Below are positions 24,479 to 38,247 of a stretch of 64,000 nucleotides of DNA, piece after piece. The notes beneath the pieces were generated by a model. That model ran no database searches, was not told where the DNA came from, and worked only from the letters and a program-made list of their open reading frames with translations. The position numbers and the translations under genes were made by a program. How positions within the stretch are numbered: the first letter of the stretch is position 1; each line of letters opens with the position of its first letter. The DNA is from Octopus sinensis (Eukaryota): the NCBI RefSeq assembly GCF_006345805.1, contig NC_043021.1, forward strand, positions 23,622,001 to 23,686,000, written 5' to 3'.

Positions 24479-25265
24479 GTGATCGCCTGTGACCCTCCCC
24501 ACAAAATCCAGACCTTGTGCCTATGGTAGAAAGGAGTATTGCTGTTGTCGTTTTCATACTTGTAGTACTCTTTTACTCTTTTTACTCATTTACTTGTTTC
24601 AGTCATTTGACTGTGGCCATGCTGGAGCACCACCTTTAGTCGAGCAAATCCACCCCAGGACTTATTCTTTGTAAGCCTAGTACTTATTCTACCGGTCTCT
24701 TTTACCGACCGCTAAGTTACGGGGATGCAAACACACCACCATCGGTTGTCAGGCGATGTTTGGGGGACAAACACAAAACACATAAACACACACACACATA
24801 CATATACACATATATATACGACGGGCTTCTTTCAGTTTCCGTCTACCTCACAAGGCTTTGGTCGGCCCGAGGCTATAGTAGAAGACACTTGCCCAAGGTG
24901 CCACGCAGTGGGACTGAACCCGGAACCATGTGGTTCGTAAGCAAGCTACTTTATTTCATAAAATTTGTCATATAGACAGTACAAAGATTGGGTAGCTTTG
25001 CGGGCTGGACAAACTCATTAAGGAATGAAAATGAAATAAAATGAATAAATGAGAGACGAGACCCAACACCCGCCGATTGGATTTTTCTCGGAAACATATT
25101 TTCTTTTTTTAAAAATCAATATGAGATTTCAAACCTCTTACAAGGAGGCACTAAAACCTCTTACTTAACCTGTTTTTTTTTTTTATGAAAAGCACACAAT
25201 TGAAGTTATAAACCACTACAGATAATACAATAAGATGAGGTTTCAAACCCTCTCACGTGGCTTTT

Positions 25266-25945
25266 TCACCTCCTACTCATCGATATATTCATCATCATTA
25301 TCAATGACGCTTGAGTTCCTGTATCCCGCCATTTCATGAAAGACATCTGGGTCGTGTAATGTCCAACCCACCATATACGAAACTCATCCTCATATCCTTT
25401 AAGCCTTTCCCACAAGGGAAACCTTATGACCTCCACAGCTATCTGCGGAGGCCATTCGGGGTCCCGTGTGAAGGGCATATCTACTGTCTCCTTATGTTCT
25501 TCGACTACTTTTTCCACCTCCCCACCCTTGTAGAAAAAGATAATTAATACATTATCTTTAAGGGTGACGGTCGTTTCTTCCACCGTGGGTGGCACAACTT
25601 CGGGACATGCAGACGGCACATCATCTCCCTCCTGCAATGACCCGTTCTTTTTCTTTCTTTTTCTCTTTTCTTCCTGACTTCGGGAGAATGGAGCTCTTCC
25701 GCTTTGTCCGGAGTCTCTACACCACCTCCAGAAGCCTTAGGGTCCTTTGGCGGGTAACAATAGTGGCCCACCTTTTTGCTTTTTAATCTTTTGGGGGTTG
25801 AGGAGGCCACACCCACCTCTCCCTTTGACCAGGTAGGGGAGATGGCATCCAGTGACTGTTCCAGGACCTTACGATGGTCCTGGGAGCAGTTCTTTTTATT
25901 GTGACCTGGCTGCAGGCACGAGTGACACTTTCCAACGTAGTCGTA
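25266..25945 (-). pseudogene. gag/ORF1-like relic with CCHC zinc knuckle (DYVGKCHSCLQPGHNKKNCSQD...)
   Basis: CX2CX4HX4C at about 25880-25925, then a basic linker and WPPQIAVEVIRFPLWERLKGY; one frameshift in a purine run near 25660. Confidence 0.55.
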
Positions 25946-26857
25946 AAATACACACTATTTAAAAACGGCGAACAACTTTCGGTGGCAGGATAGTCACCAA
26001 ACTATATTTCTCACAATGAGAAAAATATTTTCACTTCATGTGAACACTTGAAATACAGTTTTCCAATAATAGTAAATGTTGTTGTTGTAGAAACAAAGTA
26101 TTTGAATAATACGCCCACCAGAAAATGAGAGAAAAATCTTCATTTGCTATGGAGCATATTGCTGAACCACAAGTAGACCTGCATCCTCAATTCAGTGAGG
26201 AATCCCTGTTTGTAAAATATATAAGCACAGACAACGAACCTCCCCGGGTCCAAGAGAAGGGCCTTACCTTGCAGCAGCTTCTTTTGGCAGGCTAAACACA
26301 TCTGCGTCAGTGCACAACACAATGGCGCATGCGCACACTGACAACAAAGACTCATGGGAAGTCTCAAAGACTCATGGGAAGCAAGCTACTTACCACACAG
26401 CCACTCCTGCGCCCGTCACTTAGCGGTTCAGCAAAATCTAATAGTTGTTTTTGTTGTTATTTTATTGTTGCTTTAACCATTATGTTCATAGTATTTTTGT
26501 TGATTCAAATGATTGTCCTCTCTTTGTGTTATTCAAACAAACATTTCGAAATAAATATGGACGAATTCACAAATCAACTAATATTTGTTAAATTTGAGAA
26601 AATCTATTTAAAGACAAAACATTTCGTGATGGTTATGGTTGAAACGTCAGTTAACACTGTTTCGAGGCCCTGGGGTTAAACAAGGAAACACAAAGAATAA
26701 TAACAGTAAAAATAGCAATGATCTAGCAGAAGTGGCATCAAACTTTATTTCTCATAATCATTAATTGGTTATTTTTTATTCTACAGATAGTTAAGATACT
26801 TTCCATATGTGCATGTTCCTCCTTGCTTGGATATACCAATATACATGCATACATACA

Positions 26858-26904
<47 letters not shown>

Positions 26905-26909
<5 letters not shown>

Positions 26910-28693
26910 CGAGAAAGAAGCAACAAGAATGGATAGGTTTTTAGTACAATCGTTTCATACAAGGACAGGCTTTATTAAAAGTTGCAAAGATTGCAGCATA
27001 TAAACGTGTCCCGTACTCATCAGCTAAAATACATGTGAGTTCTCTAGACATACTAGTGGTTGAGGCTATACTCATGAAGTAATGTAGATAATTAAGTAAC
27101 ATAAACAGATTTACAAAGTTCATTAAAGTTCTTTAAAGATGATGTACAGTCTTATCACAGAATTTTAAAAAAGTTTTAATAGCATCACAGAGAAGGTGAC
27201 CTAATCCATAGTGCACATATGAATTTCCAGAGATATGAGGAGGGATTACATACTCACAGACGACAAATTTATCCATTGTTAATCACAACGAGGTGGGTCT
27301 CAATTCCTGCTTATTAGCATTACAGAGAGGGTGAATTAATCCTTTGTATAGATGCACAATTTCCAATGGTGTAGATGTAAATTTCCAGAGAAATGAAGAG
27401 GAATTTCATATTCACAGGCGATAAATTTATCAATGGTTGAACACAATGAGGTAGGTATCAATTCTTGTTATATGATTAGGTATTTGCCACATTAATCACA
27501 TTACTGCTATTTACAAGAGGCTGTAGCTATTTAACTTTTAAAGGCTGAAGGGCTTTCTAGAGATGCAAAGAACAGAAAAGGGAAGGGAAGAGAAGAAAAG
27601 AGAGAAAATAAAGGAGGAGGGAGCAAAAGGGGGGGGACTAAAAGAGAAGAGAAAAGGAAAAAGAGAATAAGAAGAAGAAAAAGAAAAAAACAGAGATAAC
27701 ACGGTCTTTAGATTCTCTTTAAATTCATAGCTGCTTTCAACAGCAATAAATTAGCTGTTTTACTGGTCAAAGAATAATATTCTCCTCTAGTTCCTAGATG
27801 CCTGTAAATTAAAACCAGACTTGCCGTCTACTAATTCTTCTGTATAACTAGAACCCTCTTTTTTTCTTTTTCTTTTTTCCCTTCTTTCCCTATTTCTTTC
27901 TCTTTTCTCTTTTTTCTTTTTCTTCTTCTTATTCTCTTTTTCCTTTTCTCTTCTCTTTTAGTCCCCCCCCTTTTGCTCCCTCCTCCTTTATTTTCTCTCT
28001 TTTCTTCTCTTCCCTTCCCTTTTCTGTTCTTTGCCTCTCTAGAAAGCCCTTCAGCCTTTAAAAGTTAAATAGCTACAGCCTCTTGTAAATAGCAGTAATG
28101 TGATTAATGTGGCAAATACCTAATCATATAACAAGAATTGATACCTACCTCATTGTGTTCAACCATTGATAAATTTATCGCCTGTGAATATGAAATTCCT
28201 CTTCATTTCTCTGGAAATTTACATCTACACCATTGGAAATTGTGCATCTATACAAAGGATTAATTCACCCTCTCTGTAATGCTAATAAGCAGGAATTGAG
28301 ACCCACCTCGTTGTGATTAACAATGGATAAATTTGTCGTCTGTGAGTATGTAATCCCTCCTCATATCTCTGGAAATTCATATGTGCACTATGGATCAGGT
28401 CACCTTCTCTGTGATGCTATTAAAACTTTTTTAAAATTCTGTGATAAGACTGTACATCATCTTTAAAGAACTTTAATGAACTTTGGAAATCTGTTTATGT
28501 TACTTAATTATCTACATTACTTCATGAGTATAGCCTCAACCACTAGGATGTCTAGAGAACTCACATGTATTTTAGCTGATGAGTACGGGACACGTTTATA
28601 TGCTGTAATTTTTGCAACTTTTAATAAAGCCTGTCCTTGTATGAAACGATTGTACTAAAAACCTATCCATTCTTGTTGCTTCTTTCTCGCTTA
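26905..28693. repeat. ~1.8 kb fold-back: ~790-bp inverted arms (26905-27689 / 27910-28693) with a ~220-bp spacer; probably a PLE 3' end plus inverted pLTR
   Basis: Arms are near-identical by eye. The right arm contains LYIIFK (Naiad C-terminal-like) and a decayed CTGATGA at 28576. Confidence 0.85.
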
Positions 28694-29128
28694 TAATCAC
28701 CCCACATTACTGTATTGTTAAAACAGTATAGTTTTTTTTGGTGCATCTAAGTTAGGTACCATATTCAAGTAAATTCATTTAAATTAACTTGAATCTTTAT
28801 TGCTTTTTGTATATATATATATATATATTACAAGCGTATGTATGTATGAATATATACATGTATGTACATTTATATATATATATATGTATATAATACATAC
28901 ATACTCATATGTATATAATACATACATACATATTTGTATATATATATATATTTATATATATTTATATATATATGTATGTATGTATATATATGCATATATG
29001 CCTGTATGTATGTATAAATAATATAGGAGGTATAACTATATGGAAGCTAGTATTGTTTGTGTATACATGTACATGATTACAAGTACATACGGCACTAATG
29101 AAACAGTCCCCATTTATTATTATTATTA

Positions 29129-29196
<68 letters not shown>

Positions 29197-29285
29197 TTCA
29201 TCCTCATCATCATTGGTAGCCAAGTAACCAAGTCCAGAGTCCGACAAGCCAGTAAATCTTCAATTCTTCTCAGTAACTAGGTACA

Positions 29286-29397
29286 TTAAGGTAAATTCCT
29301 TTTGTCACCGTTGTAGTGGGCTTTGATCCATGGTCCTAACTGGTCAGCAGATGGCGTTTTGCATTTTTCAGACATCATGCCAAGATTTATCCACAAC
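29286..29397 (-). CDS. STC: Stanniocalcin-like gene, paralog B, exon 4 (terminal), (M)LWINLGMMSEKCKTPSADQLGPWIKAHYNGDKRNLP*
   Basis: Acceptor TATTTTTTATACTGCAG|G, phase 2 matches exon 3 (AT+G). Supplies the 10th Cys; TAA at 29288-29286. An open homologous exon exists in paralog A. Confidence 0.85.
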
Positions 29398-29515
29398 CTG
29401 CAGTATAAAAAATATATTGGTGGCTTAATCAACTACACATACTCAGACAAACTCACTCTGTCAATAACACTTAGACAAACACATTCAGATAGGCGGACAT
29501 CAGACAGACTGATAG

Positions 29516-29582
<67 letters not shown>

Positions 29583-30309
29583 TAGTAACACATTTTGTTT
29601 CACTTTGAATCAGGAGGCAAATTCAACTCTGCAAGCGGTGGGAAAATAGATTAAGAAGCGAGACACTTGCGACCCTCAGATACTCGCTGAATACGAAAGG
29701 GATTCCCTACATTGACATGGTTTTAGCCACCAACAGAAGAGCGTTGAATACCTCTAAACAGCTCCTACAAGTTCTGTGTGGATCATAACCTCGCTGGTGT
29801 TTATTTTATCTATAACTCAACCCGTAAACACATACATACATACATACATACATACATACATACATACATACATACATACATACATACATACATACATACA
29901 TACATACATACACACATACGTACATCAAATCACTATACGTCTCGCCAACACAAAGTGAAGAAGATGGAAGTAATGTTTGACTTTATTGAACTGATCAACC
30001 TTCAAAAGAAGCTAAAAAGCTATCAGTGAGAAACTCCAACATCAATGAAGGGAAAGTGAGAAAATAATCAAGGAAAAATTTAACCAAAACCAGGCAGTTG
30101 TATACAGAGATATGAGAAGAAAAGCAGTAGATGCCATAGAAGCTTCTTCACTATAAAATATAGATTCCTTCTGGTGAAAATCTGGAGACATGCAGCGTCA
30201 ATGGCGATGCTCTTGCGACTGCAATTCAAAACCTCCTTCATGGAAAAGCCTACTTTCTCAATCTGTACCCACAAGTTTCAATGGGAATATTAGCATATCA
30301 CACTTGAAA

Positions 30310-30870
30310 TTACATAGAAAGTATTTTGCGTAGGATATGAGCAGTTCCCATGAGCACTATCTTTTTAATTTCTGCCATTTTGGGGTTTCCTGGTATCTGA
30401 GTTAGGTAGCAATCAGCCCCTTTTGCTATCATTCCCAGGGCACCTATGACAACAGGTATTTTTTTAGTCTTCAGGTTCCACAGTTTGCTGATTTCTATTT
30501 CAAGATCTTTATATTTGCTCAGTTTTTGGTAGGTCTTGACAGATACGTTTATATCGATTGGGACAGTCATATCAATGAGGAGGCATGTTTTTTGTCTGAA
30601 GTCTTTCAATATGATGTCTGGCCTATTCGCATCTATCTTTCTGTCAGTTTGAATGGTGAAGTTCGAGAGGAGTGAGATGTGATCATTTCCAAGCACTGGG
30701 GGTGGTTTATCTTCCCAGCAGTTTTTTTTTTTTCATGGGGCAAGTTCAGGCTTTTGCAATTTTGCCAGTGAATATATTGTGCAGCTCCATCATGCCTGTT
30801 GAGATACTCTATAAGCGCAAGAAGACTGCACTTTCATTTTGTTGTTGACATACACATGTTGGGCTACTGC
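30310..30870 (-). mobile_element. R4/Dong-type LINE 3' fragment (RLE domain)
   Basis: DANRPDIILKD...LIDMTVP.D...KLSKYKDL..KIVLMGTAHILRK, preceded by (TAA)n. Confidence 0.85.
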
Positions 30871-30880
30871 CGCTCTTTAA

Positions 30881-30947
<67 letters not shown>

Positions 30948-31245
30948 GGAATCGAACTCTGGAACATGGAGTTAGTAGCACGCGCTCTTAACCACTATGC
31001 CATATGCCCACGTGCTATTAATCCCAAGATGCAGCGTTCGTTTCCATGCAGTCAGTGACCTGAATAATAATCACACGGAATTTCTAACATACAATCCATA
31101 CCGCACACTGTTTATTCATCACACCAGGGACAATAATTTTGTTTTATCAACCAGTTTTTTCGGAGATGTTTATATTTGTGACAGTTTGAATTTACCAGTT
31201 TCGCAGGAACTAATGACACAAATATTATTATTATTATTATGATTA

Positions 31246-31294
<49 letters not shown>

Positions 31295-31479
31295 TATTAT
31301 TTCTCCTTCTTTCTTCAAATTTTCTTCCGTTTCTCGCCGAGTGTTTTCCGTACACCTAGGGCAGAGAAGGTCATTGTATGCATTCCCAGATTACACACTC
31401 AAATTCACAGGTAAAATATGTATTTAAAAATTAATAAATAAATAAATTCATTGGTGGATGTTGTTTTAACAGCGATAGT

Positions 31480-31785
31480 GCTCTTCTCAGTACATGAGCC
31501 GTTCCAGTAAACACGATGTTTTACACTTCCTGTAGGTATGGTAAGCCTGGTATCATTTTCAAATAGGTTTCAGAAACTTTTTTTATCATTCCTAGAGATC
31601 CTACAATCACCGGTATTGTAGTTGCCTTGAGATGCCACATTTTTTTCAATTTCTATTAGCAGGTCTTTATATTTATTAATCTGGTCAAATACTTTTGCCG
31701 CTATATTGTGATCGCAAGGAATACTCACGTCAATTAATAAACACATCCTTTTTGTCTGATCTTTTATGATAATATCCGATTTATT
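31480..31785 (-). mobile_element. R4/Dong-type LINE 3' fragment of a different subfamily
   Basis: KSDIIIKD...CLLIDVSIPCDHN...KYKDLLIEI...GTAHVLRR, preceded by (AAT)n. Confidence 0.7.
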
Positions 31786-31790
31786 AGATT

Positions 31791-32515
31791 ATTATTATTA
31801 TTGAGTGAGAGAGCAGTTCATGCCAACAAAGTGACACTGGGGTAAAATATACGAAGCCCAATATACCCATCATGACTACCCGTCTGATAAGGGTACACCA
31901 GGCACATGCATCACAACCATATGTGCGCGACATGGTGATCTCATATCAAGATAAACAGCACATGACCTTGCAGGTGGGGCCCAGTTAGAATTTTCTTCAG
32001 ATTGAGTAGCCCATCCCGCTCAAAAGGTCCCTGAAGAAGGGTTGTTTAAGGATGTTGAAAGAACCACCCATGTTTCCAGAGGTGAATTATTCAAACCCCA
32101 AAGAATCCCTCTCAACACATGGCTATGATGCTCCCCCACTATTCCTGCTCATGATCAGAGATGCACGTATCGTCAGCCACTAAGGGACATGCTCAACTGG
32201 TTACGGTTAATCAACTAACAAGCAAATCTGTGGTATTGAGCAGAATATTTGCTGTAGCCCTTCTTATATTTGCTGTAGCCCTTCTTATATTTGCTGTAGC
32301 CCTTCTTATATTTGCTGTAGCCCTTCTTATATTTGCTGTAGCCCTTCTTATATTTGCTGTAGCCCTTCTTATATTTGCTGTAGCCCTTCTTATATTTGCT
32401 GTAGCCCTTCTTATATTTGCTGTAGCCCTTCTTTTATTTGCTGTAGCCCTTCTTATATTTGCTGTAGCCCTTCTTATATTTGCTGTAGCCCTTCTTATAT
32501 TTGCTGTAGCCCTTC

Positions 32516-32517
<2 letters not shown>
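31791..32517 (-). mobile_element. Non-coding retroposed element with (AAT)n tail and a 13x21-bp tandem array at its 5' end
   Basis: Unit ATATTTGCTGTAGCCCTTCTT x13 (32245-32517); trinucleotide arrays on both sides. Confidence 0.55.
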
Positions 32518-32560
<43 letters not shown>

Positions 32561-33655
32561 CATTATTATTATTCAGGTCACTGCTTGGGATCGAACTCGG
32601 GATCTTGGTGTTAGTACCCGCGCCCTTAACTACTGTGCCATATGCCCAAGATTTTAAAAAACACTTTAATAAAGCTCAATTTCCATAGAAATTTGGAGAA
32701 AATATTCCTTTAGCTATAGGCACTAGGACTGAAAAAGGAGCTGGGAAAATATTGCAGAGAAAAAATACTTCCTCCACTACAAATATCATGCTTTAAGTGG
32801 TTACATAGTTTTATCTTGGTTGATTGGTTATTTGCTTGCTTGGTAGATATAGACTTATCATGCCGTTGTTATCGTAATATTCAAAGGTGGTGCTTTGAGA
32901 GGTTAGCAGGGAATTTTACATGTAACAGCAAAGAATATCCCTCAATGGTTCGTCACACCACGATGGAATGGGTAGTAAATGCATGTTATTCAGCCAGACA
33001 CAGACATTTTCAATATTTTACTTGTTTCATTCATTTAAGCTGCGGCCATATTGTGGCACCGCCTTGAAGAATTTTAGTCGAGCGTATCGATACCAGTCCT
33101 CATTGCTTAAGCCTATCTATTTTGCCGAACCACTAATTCATGGGGACGTATACACACCAACACCGGTAGTCGTGCGTTGTGGTTGGGAAAACACAGTTAG
33201 GGGAAACACACACACACACAGATACACATACACTCGCACACACACACACACATACACACACACATACACACACACATACAACCGACGGGCTTCATTCAGT
33301 TTCGGCCTATCAAATCCACTCAAGGATTTGGTCGGCTCGAGGTTGTAGAAGAAGACACTTGCCCAAGGTGCCATGCAGTAGGACTGAACCCGGAAATATG
33401 TGATTTGGAAGCAAGCTTCTTCCTACACAGCCACACATATGTTATATCCTGATATCCAGAACGACACCCGTCCATCTGAATGTTCGAGCAAAATTGAACT
33501 GAGTCTCCGCCAACAATTACATGTCCCTCCACAACACCAAGATGTCCCTCACTCGATCAATGCAACCATCATCACGACTACCACCACCACCACCACCACC
33601 ACCTCCTCTATTACTATCACCACCGCCAACAACAACAAAAATAACAAATACTTAC

Positions 33656-33882
33656 ATTTTATAGTAATGTGCTTTGGACGACTTTATGGGTTCCCTGAAT
33701 ATTCTCCACAGTTCATTGCGGTGCTTCCAGCCAACATTACAGAAATCATTAGCTGTGTAACATTGTTTTTGTGTGTCCATGACCAAATCGTCGACTTGAG
33801 TACAATCGAGTGTCGGACGTTGGTAGATGCGCGTCATCGATTCCAAGTAACATTTTATGATACTATTAATCCAGATCTTCCC
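33656..33882 (-). CDS. STC: Stanniocalcin-like gene, paralog B, exon 3, GKIWINSIIKCYLESMTRIYQRPTLDCTQVDDLVMDTQKQCYTANDFCNVGWKHRNELWRIFREPIKSSKAHYYK
   Basis: Acceptor TTCACAG|GGG, donor AT|GTAAGT, 227 nt open. Positions G1 K2, K10 C11, C27, Q38, C41 Y42, C48 and P65 align without gaps to STC1 GKAFVKESLKC...C...QEECY...C...P (recalled). Confidence 0.92.
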
Positions 33883-34619
33883 CTGTGAACGTTAGACAGT
33901 GGTTAGTGAAAACAGAAATTGACACTTTTAGAGATTATTTATGTATTTATTTATTTGGGGAAAGAGAATACTAATTCTATCTACAAGACCAGCAATTTTG
34001 AGAGGGATGGAGGCCAAGTAGATAACAGAGATCCCAGTACGCGGTCTCTCTAATCTGGCGGAATTAGGAAGTAAGGAATAGAATATCAAGATAAGAATGT
34101 GGCGTAGAAAAAGAAAGAGTAAAAAGAACCCCTTTGGTCATGAATGACCATGGGACTGCAGTTAGAAAGTTGCCCTCCGAAGCACAGTTCTGGGCAGGGT
34201 TGTTTATGGAAGATCAGTAGTCAGCTCTGGATACCAGCCTCCCATCTGCAAGCAACCGATGTTATGCGAAGGAAAAGCCGATACAGCTTGGCACCACAAG
34301 AACACAACACACGCCTCGGTCCGGGAGTCGAACTCACTACCTCGTGCTTGTGAACCCGACCCTCTAACCACTGTGCTATGCGCCTTCACATACGATAATG
34401 TATAGATGTTAAAAAATAGTGAAGGGATGAAAGGAAAAATAGAGAGAGACACTCGGTCAGTGACGGCCGTGTCCTGAATGGTTAGGGTTGCCATCTATTT
34501 GTTAAATTAAAGATTAATTGGTTGTCAACATACTTAATGTATGGAATATTAGAAAATAACATAAATATTAGAAAATAACGTAAATATTAGAAAATAACAT
34601 AAATATAGACTTGGATACG

Positions 34620-37600
34620 GCAATGAACCCTAATAAACTAGCTAACGTACGAAGATACATTCTCAACGCAAAAAAATATCAGAAATAGAAATAGAACATC
34701 TAATAGAACAAAATACACCAGGAAAATGTAGATAGAAGCCACACAACAATGCCCAATAATATAAACACTGAAACAGTAAAACACGAAGACAAACGTAACA
34801 TTCCCAACAAACACGATGTAAACAAAAAACAACAAACCCAGACCGTATGGATGCATAATAATACACGAGAAACAGCAAGCCAAAACACGACAAACAAACA
34901 TATAAATAAGAAAGAAAGCGACACAAATCTAAAACCTGGACGCAACGAAAGGGAGCCTAATGATTATGATAATATAAAAAGTAAAATAATCAAAGAACTG
35001 AAAACCACAGAGCTCAAAATGGACCACCGACCATACCTCCCAAAAATCAAAATAGACGAAACAACACCAATTATAAACAGCATAAACCTAGCCGTCACGA
35101 AACTAATAGCCACTGAAACAAAAAGCGATATCACTGAGCTAAATGACTTAGTATATGCAGCAGCCACTGCAGCCACAAAAGAAGCTGGATACTCACTCAA
35201 ACCCATCCAAACAGGAGTACCACCACCCAAACAAACCATGTGGATAAATAACATCCAAAACAAAATACAAAAAATGAGAAAAGGTCTGTCGATTCTTAAT
35301 GAAATCAGCAAACAATCAACGCTACTGAGCAACAAAAAGAAAACAAAAATACTCCGCAAATATAACATCACAGAAAAAGATTTACTCGAGATAAAAGAAT
35401 AGCTGAAGCAAGATATCCTTGCCAAAGCACAAAGGATCCGCCGGTACGAGAAACGCCAGCGCTTCTTTGAACAAAACAAAAAGTTCTACCAAGAACTTGG
35501 CAAAAATAAAATAGAAATCACTGCAGCACCAACGGCAGAAGAAGTGGAAGAATTCTGGAGAGAAATATGGTCGGCGAACGAACAACCAAAAAAAAGGAGT
35601 ATTAAAACAACAAACTCAGCATCTGAGCAACTTTGGACCCCCATAACAACTGAAGAGGTCACCCAGGCACTGCAAAGACTAAGCAACTGGAAGGCACCTG
35701 GGCATGACAAGATCCCCAACTTCTGGTTGAAATATCTAACAGGAATGCACAAAAAGCTGGCTGAAAACTTTAACAACATACTAGCAGAGCCAGAGACAAT
35801 GCCTGAATGGCTCACGAAGGGGAAAACCATCTTAATTCCCAAATCAAATGAGACAGCAAAACCAGAAAACTACAGACCAATAACCTGTCTCCCTACAATG
35901 TACAAGGCATTTACTGCAGTGATATCGCAAAGGTTGAACAAGCACCTGGACGAAAACAACCTGTTTCCAGAAGAGCAGAAAGGATGCCGCAAAGGCTCAT
36001 ATGGCTGTAAAGATCAACTAATGATTAATAAAGCCATAATTGAAGACAGCCACAGAAAGAAGAAAGGCCTCAGTATGGCCTCGATCGACTACAAAAAGGC
36101 GTTTGATAGCATCCCCCACACATGGATCCTCGAAACACTAGCCATTAACAAAGTAGCTCCAACAATTATAAAATTCATAGGGCACTCTATGAATAAATGG
36201 CAAACAGTGCTACAGCTCCAAACAAAAGAGGGACTCATGAAAACCAAAGCCATCCCCATTAGAAGAGGAATATTCCAGGGAGACACGCTCTCTCCACTCC
36301 TTTTCTGCTTGGCACTGTCACCTCTATCGGATATGCTAAATAGAACTGGATGCGGATATAAATATTACGGCAAAACGATCAGTCACCTTTTATATATGGA
36401 TGACCTAAAACTATACGCTGCAAATGACAAACAACTGGAAACACTATTAAAGACGGTTCATGGATTTACCAAAAAAATAGATATGAAATTTGGATTAGAA
36501 AAATGCGCCAAAGTAAACATGAAAAGAGGAAAACTAGTTCAGAGTAGCAACATCGCACTAGATAAAACCAATGAAATACAAAAGTTAGACCAAAGCCAAA
36601 CTTACAAATACTTAGGAATCCATGAAATAGATAAGACACAACACACACAAATGAAAGAGAAAATAAAAAAAGAATATTATAGACGAGTTAGATCAATACT
36701 AAAAACAGAGCTCAATATTAAAAACAAGATAATAGGTATTAAAACTTTAGCTGTCCCAGTTATAAGTTACAGCTACAATAACCTTAACTGGACACTAAAT
36801 GAACTGACCAAAATAGATTGGAAAACAAGAAAAATAATGATAGGATCTAGGATGCATCACCCAAAATCTGACATAGAAAGACTATATATACAACGTATAG
36901 AAGGTGGTAGAGGCTTTATGCAGCTGGAAAACTACTATAAAATAACCACCATAGGACTGCAAAAATATCTACTTCAGAAGGAAGGAAAACTGATACAAAT
37001 AGCGGCAAAACACGAGCAAAACGAAAAACTGTTCTCAGTATTTAAGGAAGCTGACAAATACAAACAAGAAATCATACCACCTAATAAATATGAAGAAGAA
37101 GAAGAAGAAGAAGAAGAAGAGAAGAAGAAGAAGAAGAAGAAGAAGGAGAAGGAGAAGAAGAAGAAGAAGAAGAAGAAGAAGAAAAAGAAGAAGAAATAGA
37201 AACAACGAAAGCTATAAAACAAATGAAATCTATACTAAAAATAGAACAACAACGAACCATGATAAGACGATCGCAAGAAAAGCCCGTTCATGGTAAATAC
37301 TGGACTAAACTAAACACAAACGAAATAGACAAAGAAAAATCCCAGCAATGGTTGAGAAGCTCAGGACTCAAAGCAGAGATAGAGGGATTTTTAATTGCAG
37401 CACAAGACCAAAGCCTCCCCACCAGAAATTACCAAAAACATGTAATGAAAAGAAATATTACAAGTAACTGCAGAATATGTGGAGATGGACAAGAAACAAT
37501 AAATCATATTATCTCTGGCTGCCCAGTCCTGGCTAAGAAGGAATATATTCACATACATGACAGAGTTGGAACCTACATACACTGGAATCTATGCCAACAT

Positions 37601-37994
37601 TATGGAATAACAACAGAAAAATGATGGTATAGGCACACACCAGAAAAGGTCACAGAAAACGAGAAAGCAACCATACTCTGAGATATGCCGATACACACAG
37701 ATAGAGAAATTAAGGCCAACAGACCAGATATAGTTTTCAAAGATCATGAAGAAAAAAATGCTTTCTAATTGATGTATCAATACCGGCAGATGACAACGTG
37801 TCTCTAAAAGAAATGGAGAAACTCTCAAAATACAAAGACCTGGAAATAGAGATAACCAGAATGTGGAATCTAAATACAGAAACAATTTCTATCATAGTAG
37901 GTGCATTAGGCATGATAAAAACATATTCAGACAAATACATAACAAAACCACCAGGACATACAAAAACATATAACATACAGAAAATTGCACTACA
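34620..37994 (+). mobile_element. R4/Dong-clade non-LTR retrotransposon (RT + CCHC + RLE), disrupted, antisense in intron 2 of paralog B
   Basis: KAPGHDKI, YRPITCL, IDYKKAFDSI, GIFQGDTLSP, LLYMDDLK, CRICGDGQETINHIISGC, NRPDIV, LIDVSIP. Stops at 35400, 37197 and 37622; 3' end cut by a SINE head. Confidence 0.92.
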
Positions 37995-38150
37995 GAATGT
38001 AGCGGCAGACGAAATACGGCTAAGCATTTCGTCCGGCGTGCAAACGATTCTGCCAGCTCGCTACCTTAAGATATAATAATGATAATAAAACATGACATCC
38101 TCCTTCCTCTTAACTTTCTCTTCATGCTCTCTCTCTCTCTCTTTCTCTCC

Positions 38151-38191
<41 letters not shown>

Positions 38192-38247
38192 ACTCTTTTG
38201 TTTCTTACTATTTCTCAGGCGCGTTTCTAATCAGACGCTTGACCTAC

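Larger units (their letters stand above)
24478..34556 (-). repeat. Right arm of the inverted segmental duplication
   Basis: Reverse complement of blocks within 100-10213, interrupted by arm-specific insertions and deletions. Confidence 0.9.

Noticed and set aside
26615-26655. GAAACGTC hammerhead-like half site (mirror at 8720-8750)
   Set aside because: No CUGANGA core and no stem II pairing.
28576-28600. CTGATGA core in the fold-back arm (also an isolated CTGATGA at 21031)
   Set aside because: No GAAA after stem II; at best a decayed ribozyme.
32245-32517. Possible CRISPR-like repeat array
   Set aside because: Units are contiguous with no spacers, and the context is eukaryotic.
32161-32688. 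175-aa ORF with (IFAVALL)13 resembling a membrane protein
   Set aside because: Product of the 21-bp tandem array plus (TTA)n; no splice or homology support.
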